Shown: positions 1 to 11,100 of the stretch, in pieces | How the letters are laid out: the number at the start of each line of letters is the position of its first letter | How positions within the stretch are numbered: position 1 is the stretch's first letter | Assembly (NCBI GenBank): GCA_963825935.1 | Contig: CAWGUN010000013.1 | Span: forward strand, 558,807-622,806 | Direction: 5' to 3' | DNA length: 64,000 bases | Origin: an uncultured Bacteroidales bacterium | GTDB taxonomy: Bacteria > Bacteroidota > Bacteroidia > Bacteroidales > VadinHA17 | The notes under the pieces: generated by a model | Told to the model about the DNA's origin: nothing | Database searches by the model: none | What the model saw: the letters and a program-made list of their open reading frames with translations, nothing else | Program-made: the position numbers and the translations under genes

Positions 1-1258
1 CTTCAATCTTTAACCTTTTGGATAAATCGTATGATCCTGTGAAGTTTACAGAATTCCTTTTAATTGAGCTGTTTGCAAGAATCCCTTTCTCATTGACATT
101 GGTATATGATAATCTGAAGGAGCCAAGATCATTCCCTCCATCGAAAGAAATATTGTTGGTATATTTCATTCCGGTTTCAAACAATGCCTCTACGCTATGT
201 TTGGGGAATACCCACGGTCTTGTTTCACCATAATTCGAAGCAAGAGGATCCATAGCATCCCAATGAACCACCATCAGGTTTGGATCAAATTTTGCACCCC
301 ATGAGGCATCGTCCTGAGTTGGCACCACAAGTTCATCAATCCCGTCACCGTTAAAGTCATGAAGTTCAAAATTTCCATCTGCACTTTCCCAATACGGGCC
401 ATAACCGCCACCGTACTCTTTCTGATATTTAGGAAGAGTTGATTTGTCAATCTGGCTAACCATCAGGCTCGAGTTGAAAAAAATACCCAGTCCCTTATTC
501 CTGGTTCCTTTTTTTGTTGTAACAAGAACTACTCCGTTAGCTGCCCTCGAACCGTACAGGGCACTTGCTGCAGCTCCCTTCAGAACAGAAATTGACTCAA
601 CATCGTCTGGATTTATATCCATAGCCGCATTGCCATAGTCATAACCGCCACCGCCTGACTTCATTAATTCTGTATTCGTAATACTATTGTCGACTGGTAT
701 GCCATCGACGACAAAAAGTGCCTGGTTATTACCTAAAAGGGAGGCATTACCACGTATGACGATATTTGCAGAGCCCCCCATAGTATTCGGTTGTTTTATT
801 GAAACGCCGGATACTTTACCTGACATTGAAGAAACAAAATTTGTCTCCCGTGCAGTGTTAAGCTCTTCTCCTCCGATCTGCTGAACAGAATAACCGAGAC
901 TTTTCTTTTCGCGTGAAATACCCAGAGCGGTCACGACAACTTCATCAAGACCTGTGATCTCAGGTTCCATTAATATATTTATAACGGTACGACCGGAGAT
1001 CTGTACTTCTTGTGTCTTCATTCCTATATAAGAAAATACAAGAGTTGTTGAAGCCTGAGGAACCGCCAGTGTATATTTACCGTTGAAATCAGTTATTATA
1101 CCAGTAGTTGTTCCTTTTACCGAGACAGAAACTCCCGGCATTGAGCCTTCGCCCTCGATGGAGGAAGTTACTGTTCCTGTAATGGTTAAAGTTTGTGAAT
1201 ATAGCGGACTTCCGAATATGAACACAAACAATGCAAAAAACAGAATTAATTTTTTCAT
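1..1258 (-). CDS. SusC/RagA-family TonB-dependent outer-membrane receptor, N-terminal part (gene continues beyond window start)
   Basis: Absent from the ORF track because it has no stop inside the window. My reverse-complement translation from the ATG (rc of 1256-1258) reads MKKLILFFALFVFIFGSPLYSQTLTITGTVTSS..GVSVSVKGTTTGIITDFNGKYTL (CarboxypepD_reg-like). It continues LDEVVVTALGISREKKSLGYSVQQI..SISVLKGAAASALYGSRAANGVVLVTTKKG (plug) and stays open to position 1. Confidence 0.85.
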   Translation of the reverse strand, partial: MKKLILFFALFVFIFGSPLYSQTLTITGTVTSSIEGEGSMPGVSVSVKGTTTGIITDFNGKYTLAVPQASTTLVFSYIGMKTQEVQISGRTVINILMEPEITGLDEVVVTALGISREKKSLGYSVQQIGGEELNTARETNFVSSMSGKVSGVSIKQPNTMGGSANIVIRGNASLLGNNQALFVVDGIPVDNSITNTELMKSGGGGYDYGNAAMDINPDDVESISVLKGAAASALYGSRAANGVVLVTTKKGTRNKGLGIFFNSSLMVSQIDKSTLPKYQKEYGGGYGPYWESADGNFELHDFNGDGIDELVVPTQDDASWGAKFDPNLMVVHWDAMDPLASNYGETRPWVFPKHSVEALFETGMKYTNNISFDGGNDLGSFRLSYTNVNEKGILANSSIKRNSVNFTGSYDLSKRLKIE

Positions 1259-1658
1259 AAGCATTTATGTTAGGATTTTTGAAAAAAGAAAAAATAAAAC
1301 AGGAGTTCTTCTGAATATGTCAGAATGATTCTTTTCATGGCATTTGTCAATTATTAAACATTTTTATGCCTGTTAATTTCTGTCCGGGATTTTCGCAGGC
1401 ATACAAAGCATTTTTAGCTTCCGAATGCAATTTGGCTTTTGTTTAATTAAAACAGGGTAGTAATTTGACGGATGGTAATTTTGAAGTAACCGATTGCAAG
1501 TCAGAGGTAATTGATTGCATTTCCGAAACAGAATTGTTTTTTGGATAACTCAGGAATTATTTGTATATTTAAAGATTATGTTAAAGGGTAAAATCAAAGT
1601 CAGATAGTATTTAAACAGATAAAAAAGAGCACTATGGATAAATTATCACCTTAAATGT

Positions 1659-1689
1659 TTTGAAAAGTTTTTTTCTATTTCTATCTTTG
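1659..1689 (+). promoter_or_regulatory. Candidate Bacteroidota sigma-A promoter for rpsU (-33 TTTG / -7 TAnnTTTG)
   Basis: TTTG at 1659-1662 and TATCTTTG at 1682-1689, 19 nt apart, about 30 nt upstream of the rpsU ATG. Confidence 0.5.
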
Positions 1690-1718
1690 CGCCTCGATTT
1701 AAAACAGAATATTATATT

Positions 1719-1910
1719 ATGATCATTGTACCATTAAAAGAAGGCGAAAACATTGAAAGAGCTTTAAAAAAGTTCAAAAGGAAATTCGAAAAGACCGGAG
1801 TGATTCGTGAATTACGTTCGCGTCAGGCTTTTATAAAACCTTCAGTACGCCGGAGGGAAGAAATCAAGAAGGCTATGTACGTCCAGAAGATGCAGGAAAG
1901 CGAAGAATAA
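1719..1910 (+). CDS. rpsU: 30S ribosomal protein S21
   Basis: 63 aa, MIIVPLKEGENIERALKKFKRKFEKTGVIRELRSRQAFIKPSVRRREE. This is a typical S21 sequence and length. Confidence 0.95.
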   Translation: MIIVPLKEGENIERALKKFKRKFEKTGVIRELRSRQAFIKPSVRRREEIKKAMYVQKMQESEE

Positions 1911-1960
1911 TTCGCCCGACTGAATCTTTCATTTTAACATAACAGATAAGGGGTTCCTTC

Positions 1961-2848
1961 ATGGGTTATAAGGAATCGTTCTTACAGTTTCTGCAAATAG
2001 AAAAGCGGTATTCACCGCATACGATCAGGTCATATAAGAACGACCTGGATCAGTTTTTTTCCTTTCTTTCAGCAAATGATATGGCTGCAAGTCCTAAAGA
2101 TATAACTTCCCATCAGGTACGGGCGTGGATCGTAAGCATGATGGAAAATCAGATCACATCGGTCAGTGTTCACAGAAAAATCTCCTGTCTGAGAGTTTTT
2201 TTCCGCTATCTGAGAAAAGAGGGAGTAATAAAAAGTGATCCTCTTGATAAAGTTGTTCTTCCGAAACGCAAAAAAACCATTCCTGCATTTGTCGCGGAGG
2301 AGGCACTTGATTCTCTTCTCGATAATAACAATTTTGGTGATGATTTCGATGGTTTAAGAAACCGTACAATAATAGAGATGCTTTACCTGACCGGAATGAG
2401 AAGATCGGAACTTATTGGTCTGCATAGTAATGATATCGACTTCATGGAGGGAACAGTAAAGGTAACCGGTAAAAGAAACAAACAACGGATAATACCTCTT
2501 ACAAAACCGTTCGTTGCACGACTGGAAGAATATTACAACAAAAGGAATGAGTTTACCGGATCGGGGAATGCAGAGTGGTTTTTTATAACCGGTAAAGGGA
2601 ACAAATTATATGATAAATATGTTTATAATGTTGTGAGAGGTTACCTGTCCCTGGTTACAACTATTGAAAAAAGAAGCCCGCATATACTCAGGCATTCTTT
2701 TGCAACACATATGCTCAACCATGGAGCGGACCTGAACGCAATAAAAGAGTTCCTGGGACATGCAAATCTGTCTGCAACACAGGTATATACGCATAATACT
2801 TTTGAAAAACTTAAGAAGATATATAAACAGGCTCATCCAAGGGCTTAA
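1961..2848 (+). CDS. xerC: Tyrosine site-specific recombinase XerC/XerD family
   Basis: 295 aa. The N-terminal SAM-like domain (YSPHTIRSYKNDLDQF) is present. The C-terminal catalytic region reads HILRHSFATHMLNHGADLNAIKEFLGHANLSATQVYTH (R..HxxR..H..Y). The rpsU-xer-hpf context is the conserved housekeeping arrangement. Confidence 0.85.
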   Translation: MGYKESFLQFLQIEKRYSPHTIRSYKNDLDQFFSFLSANDMAASPKDITSHQVRAWIVSMMENQITSVSVHRKISCLRVFFRYLRKEGVIKSDPLDKVVLPKRKKTIPAFVAEEALDSLLDNNNFGDDFDGLRNRTIIEMLYLTGMRRSELIGLHSNDIDFMEGTVKVTGKRNKQRIIPLTKPFVARLEEYYNKRNEFTGSGNAEWFFITGKGNKLYDKYVYNVVRGYLSLVTTIEKRSPHILRHSFATHMLNHGADLNAIKEFLGHANLSATQVYTHNTFEKLKKIYKQAHPRA

Positions 2849-2878
2849 ATCTTAATCAAAAAAGAAGGAGGCAATACT

Positions 2879-3178
2879 ATGAACATTCAGATTCATTCAG
2901 TGCGGTTTGATGCCGACAAAAAGCTAATCGACTTTGTTCATCAGAAGCTGGATAAACTGACCCAGTATGGTGAAGATATTGTTAATGCCGAAGTATACCT
3001 CAGGCTTGACAAAGATATTGAGCGTGAGAACAAAATTAGCGAAATTAAACTGGATTTATCGGGTGGACCTTTGTTTTCCAGGAAGCAAAGTAAGACTTTT
3101 GAGGAGGCTACAGACGATGCTATTGATGCTCTTAAAAAGCAGATTACCAAACACAAACAAAAGAAGAGAGGTCTTTGA
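2879..3178 (+). CDS. hpf: Ribosome hibernation-promoting factor / RaiA family
   Basis: 99 aa, MNIQIHSVRFDADKKLIDFVHQKLDKLTQYGEDIVNAEVYLRLDKD. This is the short HPF/YfiA fold pattern. Confidence 0.85.
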   Translation: MNIQIHSVRFDADKKLIDFVHQKLDKLTQYGEDIVNAEVYLRLDKDIERENKISEIKLDLSGGPLFSRKQSKTFEEATDDAIDALKKQITKHKQKKRGL

Positions 3179-3209
3179 GATTTAAGGTAAAAAAAATATT
3201 CTGATTTTT

Positions 3210-3241
3210 TTTGAGATATATAATATAAATTCATACATTTG
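3210..3241 (+). promoter_or_regulatory. Candidate promoter for the tRNA-tuf transcription unit
   Basis: TTTG at 3210-3213 and TACATTTG at 3234-3241, 20 nt apart, about 50 nt upstream of the first tRNA. Confidence 0.45.
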
Positions 3242-3292
3242 CACACCGTTTTTTAAGGGTAAATTATGCCCTTGCGGAGCGTTCTTTAAATT

Positions 3293-3366
3293 GCCGATGT
3301 AGCTCAGTTGGCCAGAGCAGCTGATTTGTAATCTGCAGGTCGGGGGTTCGAATCCCTTCATCGGCT
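3293..3366 (+). tRNA. tRNA-Thr (anticodon UGU)
   Basis: Hand-folded cloverleaf. Acceptor GCCGATG/CATCGGC, D arm GCTC-AGTTGGCCA-GAGC, anticodon loop TTTGTAA, T loop TTCGAAT. No encoded CCA. Confidence 0.9.
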
Positions 3367-3416
3367 CTTGAAAGAGGTGTAAATGAGTGTCTTAGGAGAT
3401 TAACTCTGTTTCAGGA

Positions 3417-3499
3417 GGGGAGATACCAAAGTGGCCAACTGGGGCAGACTGTAAATCTGCTGGCGAATGCCTTCGTAGGTTCGAATCCTGCTCTCCCCA
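3417..3499 (+). tRNA. tRNA-Tyr (anticodon GUA), long variable arm
   Basis: Acceptor GGGGAGA/TCTCCCC, anticodon loop CTGTAAA, long extra arm, T loop TTCGAAT. Confidence 0.9.
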
Positions 3500-3571
3500 C
3501 TTTAAACAGAAAGAGACCGTGATTCTGTAAGTTTTTGAGCAGACATTGCGGGCCTTTTTGGACGATATCAG

Positions 3572-3644
3572 GCGGGAGTAGCTCAGTTGGTAGAGCATTA
3601 GCCTTCCAAGCTAAGGGTCGCGGATTCGAGTTCCGTCTCCCGCT
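3572..3644 (+). tRNA. tRNA-Gly (anticodon UCC)
   Basis: Acceptor GCGGGAG/CTCCCGC, anticodon loop CTTCCAA, T loop TTCGAGT. Confidence 0.9.
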
Positions 3645-3655
3645 CACTTTTTGAG

Positions 3656-3727
3656 GCCAGAGTAGCTCAGGGGTAGAGCACTTCCTTGGTAAGGAAGGGG
3701 TCGGGGGTTCAATTCCCCCCTCCGGCT
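3656..3727 (+). tRNA. tRNA-Thr (anticodon GGU)
   Basis: Acceptor GCCAGAG/CTCCGGC with one A-C mismatch at pair 4-69. Anticodon stem CTTCC/GGAAG, loop TTGGTAA, T arm GGGGG-TTCAATT-CCCCC. The Thr-Tyr-Gly-Thr-tuf order matches the classical thrU-tyrU-glyT-thrT-tufB arrangement. Confidence 0.85.
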
Positions 3728-3788
3728 CAACAGGAAAAAATGATTTTTAATTGATTATAGATAAACTAAATTTAATAAGCTTGGAGTT

Positions 3789-4976
3789 ATGGCAAAAGAA
3801 AAATTTGACAGGTCTAAACCTCATGTGAATATCGGTACAATCGGTCACGTTGACCATGGTAAGACCACCCTTACAGCAGCAATCACCATGGTACTTGCTA
3901 AAAAGGGACTCTCTGAAATCAGGGATTTTGATTCAATTGATAATGCTCCTGAAGAAAAAGAAAGGGGTATTACTATCAACACTGCTCACGTTGAATACCA
4001 GACAGCTACACGTCACTATGCACATGTTGACTGCCCCGGACACGCTGACTATATCAAGAATATGGTTACAGGTGCAGCACAGATGGATGGTGCGATCCTT
4101 GTAGTTGCTGCTGATGACGGCCCGATGCCTCAGACACGTGAACATATCCTACTTGCACACCAGGTTAACGTTCCTAAAGTGCTCGTATTTATGAATAAAG
4201 TCGATCTCGTTGATGACGCAGAACTTCTTGATCTGGTTGAAATGGAAGTACGTGATCTTCTCAATTTCTATGAATTTGACGGCGACAATGCTCCTGTTAT
4301 CCGTGGTTCAGCACTTGGTGCAATGCACGGTGAGCCGAAGTGGGAAGAAAAAGTAATGGAACTGATGGATGCAGTTGATGCATATATTCCAATTCCTAAA
4401 CGTGAAAATGAAAAACCATTCCTTATGCCGGTTGAAGACGTATTCTCGATCACGGGTCGTGGTACAGTTGCAACAGGCCGTATAGAAACAGGAGTTGTTC
4501 TTACAGGCGACGAACTTGAAATGATAGGTCTTAATGCTGAAAAACGCAAAACAGTATGTACAGGTGTTGAGATGTTCCGCAAGATCCTCGACAGGGGCGA
4601 AGCCGGTGATAATGTCGGTCTTCTCCTTCGTGGTGTTGACAAGAAAGAGATTAAAAGAGGAATGGTTCTTGCAAAACCAGGTTCAATTACCCCTCATACT
4701 AAAATAAAAGCTGAGATCTATGTACTTAAAAAAGAAGAAGGTGGCCGTCACACTCCGTTCCATAATAAATATCGTCCGCAGTTCTATGTAAGAACTCTCG
4801 ATATTACAGGAGAGATTACACTTCCTGAAGGTACAGAAATGGTAATGCCAGGTGATAACGTAACTATTACAGTCGACCTTATTTACCCGGTTGCTATTAA
4901 TGTCGGTCTTCGTTTTGCTATCCGCGAAGGTGGCAGGACAGTTGGTGCCGGCGCAGTAACACAGATTGTTGAATAA
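3789..4976 (+). CDS. tuf: Translation elongation factor Tu
   Basis: 395 aa with [18 protein letters not shown] and NKVD motifs. Unmistakably EF-Tu. Confidence 0.99.
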   Translation: MAKEKFDRSKPHVNIGTIGHVDHGKTTLTAAITMVLAKKGLSEIRDFDSIDNAPEEKERGITINTAHVEYQTATRHYAHVDCPGHADYIKNMVTGAAQMDGAILVVAADDGPMPQTREHILLAHQVNVPKVLVFMNKVDLVDDAELLDLVEMEVRDLLNFYEFDGDNAPVIRGSALGAMHGEPKWEEKVMELMDAVDAYIPIPKRENEKPFLMPVEDVFSITGRGTVATGRIETGVVLTGDELEMIGLNAEKRKTVCTGVEMFRKILDRGEAGDNVGLLLRGVDKKEIKRGMVLAKPGSITPHTKIKAEIYVLKKEEGGRHTPFHNKYRPQFYVRTLDITGEITLPEGTEMVMPGDNVTITVDLIYPVAINVGLRFAIREGGRTVGAGAVTQIVE

Positions 4977-5035
4977 GAGGTTTTGGAAATATATATGGGG
5001 TAGAATTACGATATATCGTGATTCTGCTTTCATAC

Positions 5036-5108
5036 ACGGGTGTAGCTCAGTTGGTAGAGCACTGGTCTCCAAAACCAGGTGTCGGGAGTTCGAGTCTCTC
5101 CTCCCGTG
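5036..5108 (+). tRNA. tRNA-Trp (anticodon CCA)
   Basis: D arm GCTC-AGTTGGTA-GAGC, anticodon loop CTCCAAA, T arm GGGAG-TTCGAGT-CTCTC, acceptor ACGGGTG/CTCCCGT with one U-U mismatch. It sits in the conserved position between tuf and secE. Confidence 0.85.
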
Positions 5109-5124
5109 CAAAAATGTTTAGACT

Positions 5125-5316
5125 ATGGGTTTAAAAGGATATTTTAAGGAATCATACACGGAACTTGTTCATAAAGTTACATGGCCAACATGGAGTGAAC
5201 TTCAGAACAGTGCTGTGCTTGTAATGGTAGCTACACTTATAATTGCACTTATCGTTGCTGCAATGGATTTTGGATTCAGCAAGATTATGGAGGCGATTTA
5301 TAAACTGTTATACTAA
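5125..5316 (+). CDS. secE: Preprotein translocase subunit SecE
   Basis: 63 aa with a single C-terminal TM helix (AVLVMVATLIIALIVAAMDFGF). It sits in the conserved position before nusG. Confidence 0.9.
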   Translation: MGLKGYFKESYTELVHKVTWPTWSELQNSAVLVMVATLIIALIVAAMDFGFSKIMEAIYKLLY

Positions 5317-5334
5317 TAACGAAATCTCATCCAA

Positions 5335-5883
5335 ATGAGTGAGAATGTCAGGAAGTGGTATGTGCTCCGCGCTATAGGCGGAAAGGAAAAGAAGGTTAAA
5401 GAGTATATTGACAGCGAAGTGGCACGCCTCAAGCTTGGTGAGTTCGTTTCTCAGGTTCTTATTCCTACAGAAAAAGTATACCAGATAAGATCAGGAAAGA
5501 AAATAAGCAAGGAAAGGACCTTTTTCCCCGGTTATGTTCTGGTTGAAGCTGTTCTTGTCGGGGAAATTCCACATATGCTGAGAAATATCCCAAATGTAAT
5601 AGGATTTCTCGGCTCGCATGACGGAGAACCCGTTCCTCTCAGAAAATCAGAGATCAACAGGATACTCGGAAAGGTTGATGAACTGAATGCCAGCGATGAA
5701 GAACTGAATGTTCCGTTCTTTGTCGGCGAATCGGTGAAAGTGATCGATGGCCCATTCAATAGTTTTACAGGAATAATTGAAGAGGTAAATGATGAAAAGA
5801 AAAAGCTTAAGGTGATGGTCAAAATATTTGGCAGAAAAACACCGCTTGAGCTTAGTTTTATGCAGGTTGAAAAAGAAAATTAA
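5335..5883 (+). CDS. nusG: Transcription termination/antitermination factor NusG
   Basis: 182 aa. NGN domain ([19 protein letters not shown]) plus C-terminal KOW ([22 protein letters not shown]). Confidence 0.95.
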   Translation: MSENVRKWYVLRAIGGKEKKVKEYIDSEVARLKLGEFVSQVLIPTEKVYQIRSGKKISKERTFFPGYVLVEAVLVGEIPHMLRNIPNVIGFLGSHDGEPVPLRKSEINRILGKVDELNASDEELNVPFFVGESVKVIDGPFNSFTGIIEEVNDEKKKLKVMVKIFGRKTPLELSFMQVEKEN

Positions 5884-5967
5884 CAGAAGATATTTGACGG
5901 TTATTATATTTTTAATGCTTCCTGAATGACTGTCAAACTCTCGCAATAAACACGCAAATTTTAAATT

Positions 5968-6411
5968 ATGGCAAAAGAAGTTGCTGGACTTATAAAGTTA
6001 CAGATTCGTGGCGGAGGAGCTAATCCATCTCCACCGGTGGGACCTGCTTTAGGTTCTAAAGGTGTTAATATCATGGATTTCTGCAAGCAATTTAATGCGA
6101 GGACCCAGGACAAAGCTGGAAAAGTAATACCGGTAGTAATAACAGTATATGTTGACAAAACATTTGATTTTGTAACAAAAACTCCACCGGTTGCTGTTCA
6201 GCTTCTTGAGGTTGCTAAGTCAAAGAAAGGTTCCAAAGAGCCTAACAGAGACAAAGTGGCACAGGTAACCTGGGACCAGGTAAAATTAATTGCTAAGGAT
6301 AAAATGGAAGACTTGAACTGTTTTACGTTAGAGTCTGCTATGAAGATGGTAGCTGGTACCGCAAGAAGTATGGGGATTACCCTTAAGGGTGATTTCCCGA
6401 ACAAAATTTAA
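5968..6411 (+). CDS. rplK: 50S ribosomal protein L11
   Basis: 147 aa, [36 protein letters not shown]. Confidence 0.98.
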   Translation: MAKEVAGLIKLQIRGGGANPSPPVGPALGSKGVNIMDFCKQFNARTQDKAGKVIPVVITVYVDKTFDFVTKTPPVAVQLLEVAKSKKGSKEPNRDKVAQVTWDQVKLIAKDKMEDLNCFTLESAMKMVAGTARSMGITLKGDFPNKI

Positions 6412-6423
6412 TCAGGAAAAATA

Positions 6424-7119
6424 ATGACTAAACTTACCAAAAATCGTAAAGCTGCCCTTGAAAATGTCGAAAAGGAGAAGCTTTATACATTGAAAGAGGC
6501 ATCGGTTCTGGTCAAGGAAATGACCAAAACAAAATTTGATGCTTCCATCGATATGGATGTGAGGTTAGGTATTGATCCAAGGAAATCCAATCAAATGGTT
6601 CGCGGTGTTGTTTCACTGCCTCATGGAACAGGTAAGCTGACACGAGTACTCGTTCTCTGCTCGCCCGATAAGGAAGCTGAAGCAAAAGAAGCCGGAGCCG
6701 ATTATGTTGGTCTCGACGATTTCGTTGAAAAGATCAAAGGTGGTTGGACAGATATGGATGTGATAATTACCATGCCATCCGTTATGGGGAAGGTCGGTCA
6801 GTTAGGTCGAATACTCGGTCCCCGCGGACTGATGCCGAACCCAAAAAGTGGAACTGTCACTATGGAAATTGGTAAGGCTGTTAAAGAAGTGAAGCAGGGT
6901 AAGATTGATTTCAAAGTTGATAAAAGCGGAATCATTCATGCCTCTATCGGAAAAGTCTCATTCGAACCTCATAAGATCGCCGAGAATGCCAAAGAGTTTC
7001 TCTCTATGGTAAACAAACTTAAACCGGCTTCTGCAAAAGGAACCTACATACGTAGCCTCTTCCTTTCAAGCACTATGAGCCCAGGTATTAAGATCGATCC
7101 AAAAGGTCTTGATGATTAA
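6424..7119 (+). CDS. rplA: 50S ribosomal protein L1
   Basis: 231 aa, [34 protein letters not shown]. Confidence 0.98.
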   Translation: MTKLTKNRKAALENVEKEKLYTLKEASVLVKEMTKTKFDASIDMDVRLGIDPRKSNQMVRGVVSLPHGTGKLTRVLVLCSPDKEAEAKEAGADYVGLDDFVEKIKGGWTDMDVIITMPSVMGKVGQLGRILGPRGLMPNPKSGTVTMEIGKAVKEVKQGKIDFKVDKSGIIHASIGKVSFEPHKIAENAKEFLSMVNKLKPASAKGTYIRSLFLSSTMSPGIKIDPKGLDD

Positions 7120-7144
7120 TTGTTAAGCTAAAACTCGGAAAGTA

Positions 7145-7669
7145 ATGAGACGTGAAGAAAAAAATGCTATCATAGACAGCCTTGCTGGGATATTAAAAGA
7201 GTACAGCCACTTTTATCTGACTGATACCGCTCAGCTCAACGCTGCAGATACAAGTGCCCTAAGAAGGAAGTGTTTCGAAAACGACATTAAGCTTATCGTC
7301 GTAAAAAATACTCTCCTGAAAAGAGCACTCGAGCAGTCTGGTGTGGACTTTGAAGAACTATATCCTGTTCTTAAAGGTACTACGTCCATCATGTTTGCAA
7401 ATGCCGGAAATGGTCCTGCAAAAATTATTAAGGAATTCCGCAAGCTGCATGATAAACCGGTTCTTAAAGCCGCATACGTTCAGGAATCAATTTATGTTGG
7501 AGACTATTTGCTCGATGAACTCGTCTCCATAAAAACAAAACAGGAACTTATCGGAGATATTATCCTTCTCCTCCAGTCTCCTGCCACGAACGTTATATCA
7601 GCTTTACAATCAGGTGGAAATAAAATTCATGGTGTTCTCGAAACACTATCAAAAAAGAGTAATAATTAA
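7145..7669 (+). CDS. rplJ: 50S ribosomal protein L10
   Basis: 174 aa. Position between rplA and rplL, with an L10-like N-terminus (KNAIIDSLAGILKEYSHFYLTD). Confidence 0.93.
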   Translation: MRREEKNAIIDSLAGILKEYSHFYLTDTAQLNAADTSALRRKCFENDIKLIVVKNTLLKRALEQSGVDFEELYPVLKGTTSIMFANAGNGPAKIIKEFRKLHDKPVLKAAYVQESIYVGDYLLDELVSIKTKQELIGDIILLLQSPATNVISALQSGGNKIHGVLETLSKKSNN

Positions 7670-7697
7670 AGTAAAATCAAATTAAAATCCAATAAAA

Positions 7698-8072
7698 ATG
7701 GCAGATCTTAAGAAATTTGCAGAAGAACTGGTTAACCTGTCTGTAAAAGAAGTAAACGAACTGGCTAAAATACTTAAAGAAGAGTATGGTATCGAACCTG
7801 CTGCTGCAGCTGTAGCTGTTGCCGGTCCGGCCGCTAGCGCAGCCCCTGCTGCTGTAGAAAAATCGACATTCGATGTTATTCTAAAAAATGCAGGCGGACA
7901 GAAATTACAGATTGTTAAACTTGTTAAAGACATTACCGGTCTTGGACTAAAGGAAGCTAAAGCAGTTGTTGACGCTGCCCCGGGTCCTGTTAAAGAAGGT
8001 GTATCAAAAGAAGAAGCTGAAGCTATTAAAAATCAATTGGTAGACGCAGGAGCTGAAGTTGAACTTAAATAA
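7698..8072 (+). CDS. rplL: 50S ribosomal protein L7/L12
   Basis: 124 aa. Ala-rich hinge and C-terminal domain [24 protein letters not shown]. Confidence 0.98.
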   Translation: MADLKKFAEELVNLSVKEVNELAKILKEEYGIEPAAAAVAVAGPAASAAPAAVEKSTFDVILKNAGGQKLQIVKLVKDITGLGLKEAKAVVDAAPGPVKEGVSKEEAEAIKNQLVDAGAEVELK

Positions 8073-8099
8073 GTTATACCACATAGCTGGGTTTTAGGT

Positions 8100-8131
8100 T
8101 TAGTCCCGATTTTTCGGGACTAAGCCTTTTT
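8100..8131 (+). terminator. Intrinsic terminator/attenuator hairpin between rplL and rpoB
   Basis: 10-bp perfect stem TTAGTCCCGA (8100-8109) / TCGGGACTAA (8114-8123) with a TTTT loop, followed by GCCTTTTTG. This is analogous to the partial terminator known between rplL and rpoB in E. coli. Confidence 0.7.
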
Positions 8132-8167
8132 GTTCTTTAAATTATAAGTTCACTTAATCTTTTTACA

Positions 8168-11100
8168 ATGTCCTCAAAAAATACCGAAAGAATAAGTTTC
8201 GCCTCCAGAAAAAATCAACTTGAATACCCTGATTTTCTGGAAATTCAGTTGAAATCATTCGGTGAGTTCTTTCAACTTGGAACAACTCCCGAGAACAGGA
8301 AAAAGGAAGGATTATTTAAAGTCTTTACTGAAAACTTCCCCATAACTGACACAAGGAATAATTTCGTTCTTGAATTTCTGGATTATTATATCGACCCTCC
8401 CCGCTATACCATCGAAGAATGTATTGAACGCGGACTGACATTCAGCGTCCCGTTAAAAGCTAAACTAAAGCTTTATTGTACCGATCCGGAACATGAGGAT
8501 TTTGATACAGTAATTCAGGATGTATACCTGGGCACCGTACCTTATATGACCGAACGTGCAACATTCGTCATAAACGGAGCTGAAAGGGTTGTAGTATCAC
8601 AATTGCACAGATCTCCCGGAGTATTCTTCGGTCAGAGCATTCACGCTAACGGAACAAAACTCTATTCAGCGCGAATCATCCCCTTTAAAGGATCATGGAT
8701 CGAGTTTGCTACCGACATCAATAACGTGATGTATGCATACATCGACAGGAAGAAAAAGCTTCCTGTTACAACTCTCCTTCGCGCAATCGGCTTCGAAAGT
8801 GATAAGGAAATCCTTGAGATTTTCAACCTCGCGGAAGAACATAAAGTCTCCAAAACAAATATTAAAAAACTCGTCGGCCGGAAACTGGCAGCCAGGGTTC
8901 TGAAAACATGGATCGAAGATTTTGTTGATGAGGATACCGGTGAGGTAGTTTCCATTGAAAGAAATGAAGTAATACTCGACAGGGAAACCGTGATCGAACC
9001 TGAACATGTCGATCTTATAGTTGATTCCGGTGCTAAGACTATCCTTCTGCACAAGGATGATACAACCCTTTCAGATTATGCAATAATATATAACACGCTT
9101 CAGAAAGATCCGTGTAACTCTGAAAAAGAGGCAGTTATCTATATTTACCGTCAGCTGAGAAACGCTGAACCACCCGATGAGGCAACTGCACGCGATGTGA
9201 TCGATAAACTCTTTTTCTCCGACAAAAGATATGACCTCGGCGAAGTAGGACGATACAGGATCAATAAAAAACTCGGTCTGAATACCGAAATGGGTACTAA
9301 GGTTCTCACCAGGGAAGATATAATCAAAATTATCGGTTATCTGATTGAACTTATTAACTCAAAAACCGATATAGATGATATCGACCACCTGAGCAACAGG
9401 AGAGTACGTACAGTTGGCGAACAGCTTTATGCACAGTTTGGAGTCGGTCTTGCCCGTATGGCACGTACAATCCGTGAAAGAATGAACGTCAGGGACAACG
9501 AGGTATTTACACCCGTCGACCTTATCAATTCAAAAACCCTTTCATCGGTAATCAACTCGTTCTTCGGAACAAACCAGCTCTCTCAGTTCATGGACCAGAC
9601 CAACCCTCTGGCTGAAATGACGCACAAGCGTCGTATGTCAGCACTTGGACCCGGCGGTCTTTCGCGCGAAAGAGCAGGATTTGAGGTCAGGGACGTTCAC
9701 TATACTCATTATGGCCGCCTTTGCCCGATAGAAACACCTGAAGGACCAAACATCGGTCTTATTTCATCACTCTGCGTATATGCCAAGATCAACGATCTCG
9801 GCTTTATAGAGACTCCTTATCGCAAAGTGGATGATGGAGTTGTCGATTTTACAAAAGATGGTGTTGTATGGCTGAGTGCTGAGGAGGAAGAAGAAAAAAT
9901 GATTGCCCAGGCAAATGCTCCTCTCAGGAAAGACGGACATTTTGAAGAAGCAAGGGCTAAATGCCGCTACGAAGCCGACTATCCATTTGAAGAAGTATCC
10001 AAAATCGATATGATGGACGTAGCTCCCAACCAGATCGCTTCAATTGCTGCATCACTTATTCCTTTCCTCGAACATGATGATGCCAACCGTGCCCTTATGG
10101 GATCGAACATGATGCGCCAGGCAGTGCCGATCATTAGTCCTGAATCACCAATCGTGGGCACCGGGCTTGAAGCTCAGGTTATTAAGGACAGCCGTATATT
10201 ATATGTCGCTGAAGGCGACGGAGTTGTGGAATATGTAGATGCAAACGAGATTGTCGTCAGGTACACACGTACCGATGAAGAGAAATTCGTGAGCTTCGAT
10301 GATGATATCAAAAGGTATACTCTTCCAAAATACAAAAAGACAAACCAGAATACCTGTATAAATCTGATTCCCGTTGTTAAAAAGGGAGAGAAAGTTAAAA
10401 AAGGACAGGTGCTCACCGAAGGTTATGGAACCAAGAAAGGTGAACTGGCTCTCGGAAGAAACCTCAAAGTGGCATTCATGCCCTGGAAAGGATATAACTT
10501 CGAAGATGCAATTGTAATCTCTGAAAAGGTTGTTCAGGAAGATATGTTCACATCGGTTCATATCGATGAATATCAGCTTGAGGTGCGCGATACGAAACGT
10601 GGTCTTGAAGAGCTGACATCCGATATCCCTAATGTAAGCGAGGAAGCAACCAAGAATCTTGATGAAAACGGTCTTATCAGGGTTGGTGCACATATCAGAC
10701 CGGGAGATATTCTTATCGGCAAGATCACCCCGAAAGGAGAATCTGATCCTTCGCCTGAGGAAAAACTTCTTCGTGCAATCTTCGGCGATAAAGCTGGCGA
10801 TGTCAAAGATGCTTCTCTCAAGGCAGGACCTTCACTCGAAGGCGTGGTCATCGATAAGAAACTATTTACCAGGGCAATAAAAGACAGGAAGACAAAAGCT
10901 GTCGAAAAACCGATGCTCGATAAGATCGAAAATGAATTCAATAAAAATGTTGACGAGCTAAAAGCAAGACTTGTCGACAAGATTTTCATTCTTGTAAATG
11001 GCAAGACATCACAGGGCGTCAAGGATTACCTTAACGTTGATGTAATCCCGAAGGGCAGCAAATTCACCCTGAAACAACTTCAGGAGGTTGATTTTCTGAA

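Noticed and set aside
1365-1403. An 8-bp inverted repeat TATGCCTG ... CAGGCATA upstream of the SusC-like gene.
   Set aside because: With a 23-nt spacer, this kind of match is expected by chance many times in a window this size. There is no supporting T-tract or second copy.
1961-2848. Tyrosine recombinase as the marker of an integrated mobile element.
   Set aside because: It sits in the conserved rpsU-xer-hpf housekeeping context next to the tuf/rpo block. There are no flanking phage, conjugation or transposition genes and no direct repeats. It is best read as a chromosomal Xer-type recombinase.
3392-3647. Two minus-strand ORFs (68 and 78 aa).
   Set aside because: They overlap the tRNA-Tyr and tRNA-Gly genes. 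They exist only because the structured tRNA sequence lacks stops on the complement.
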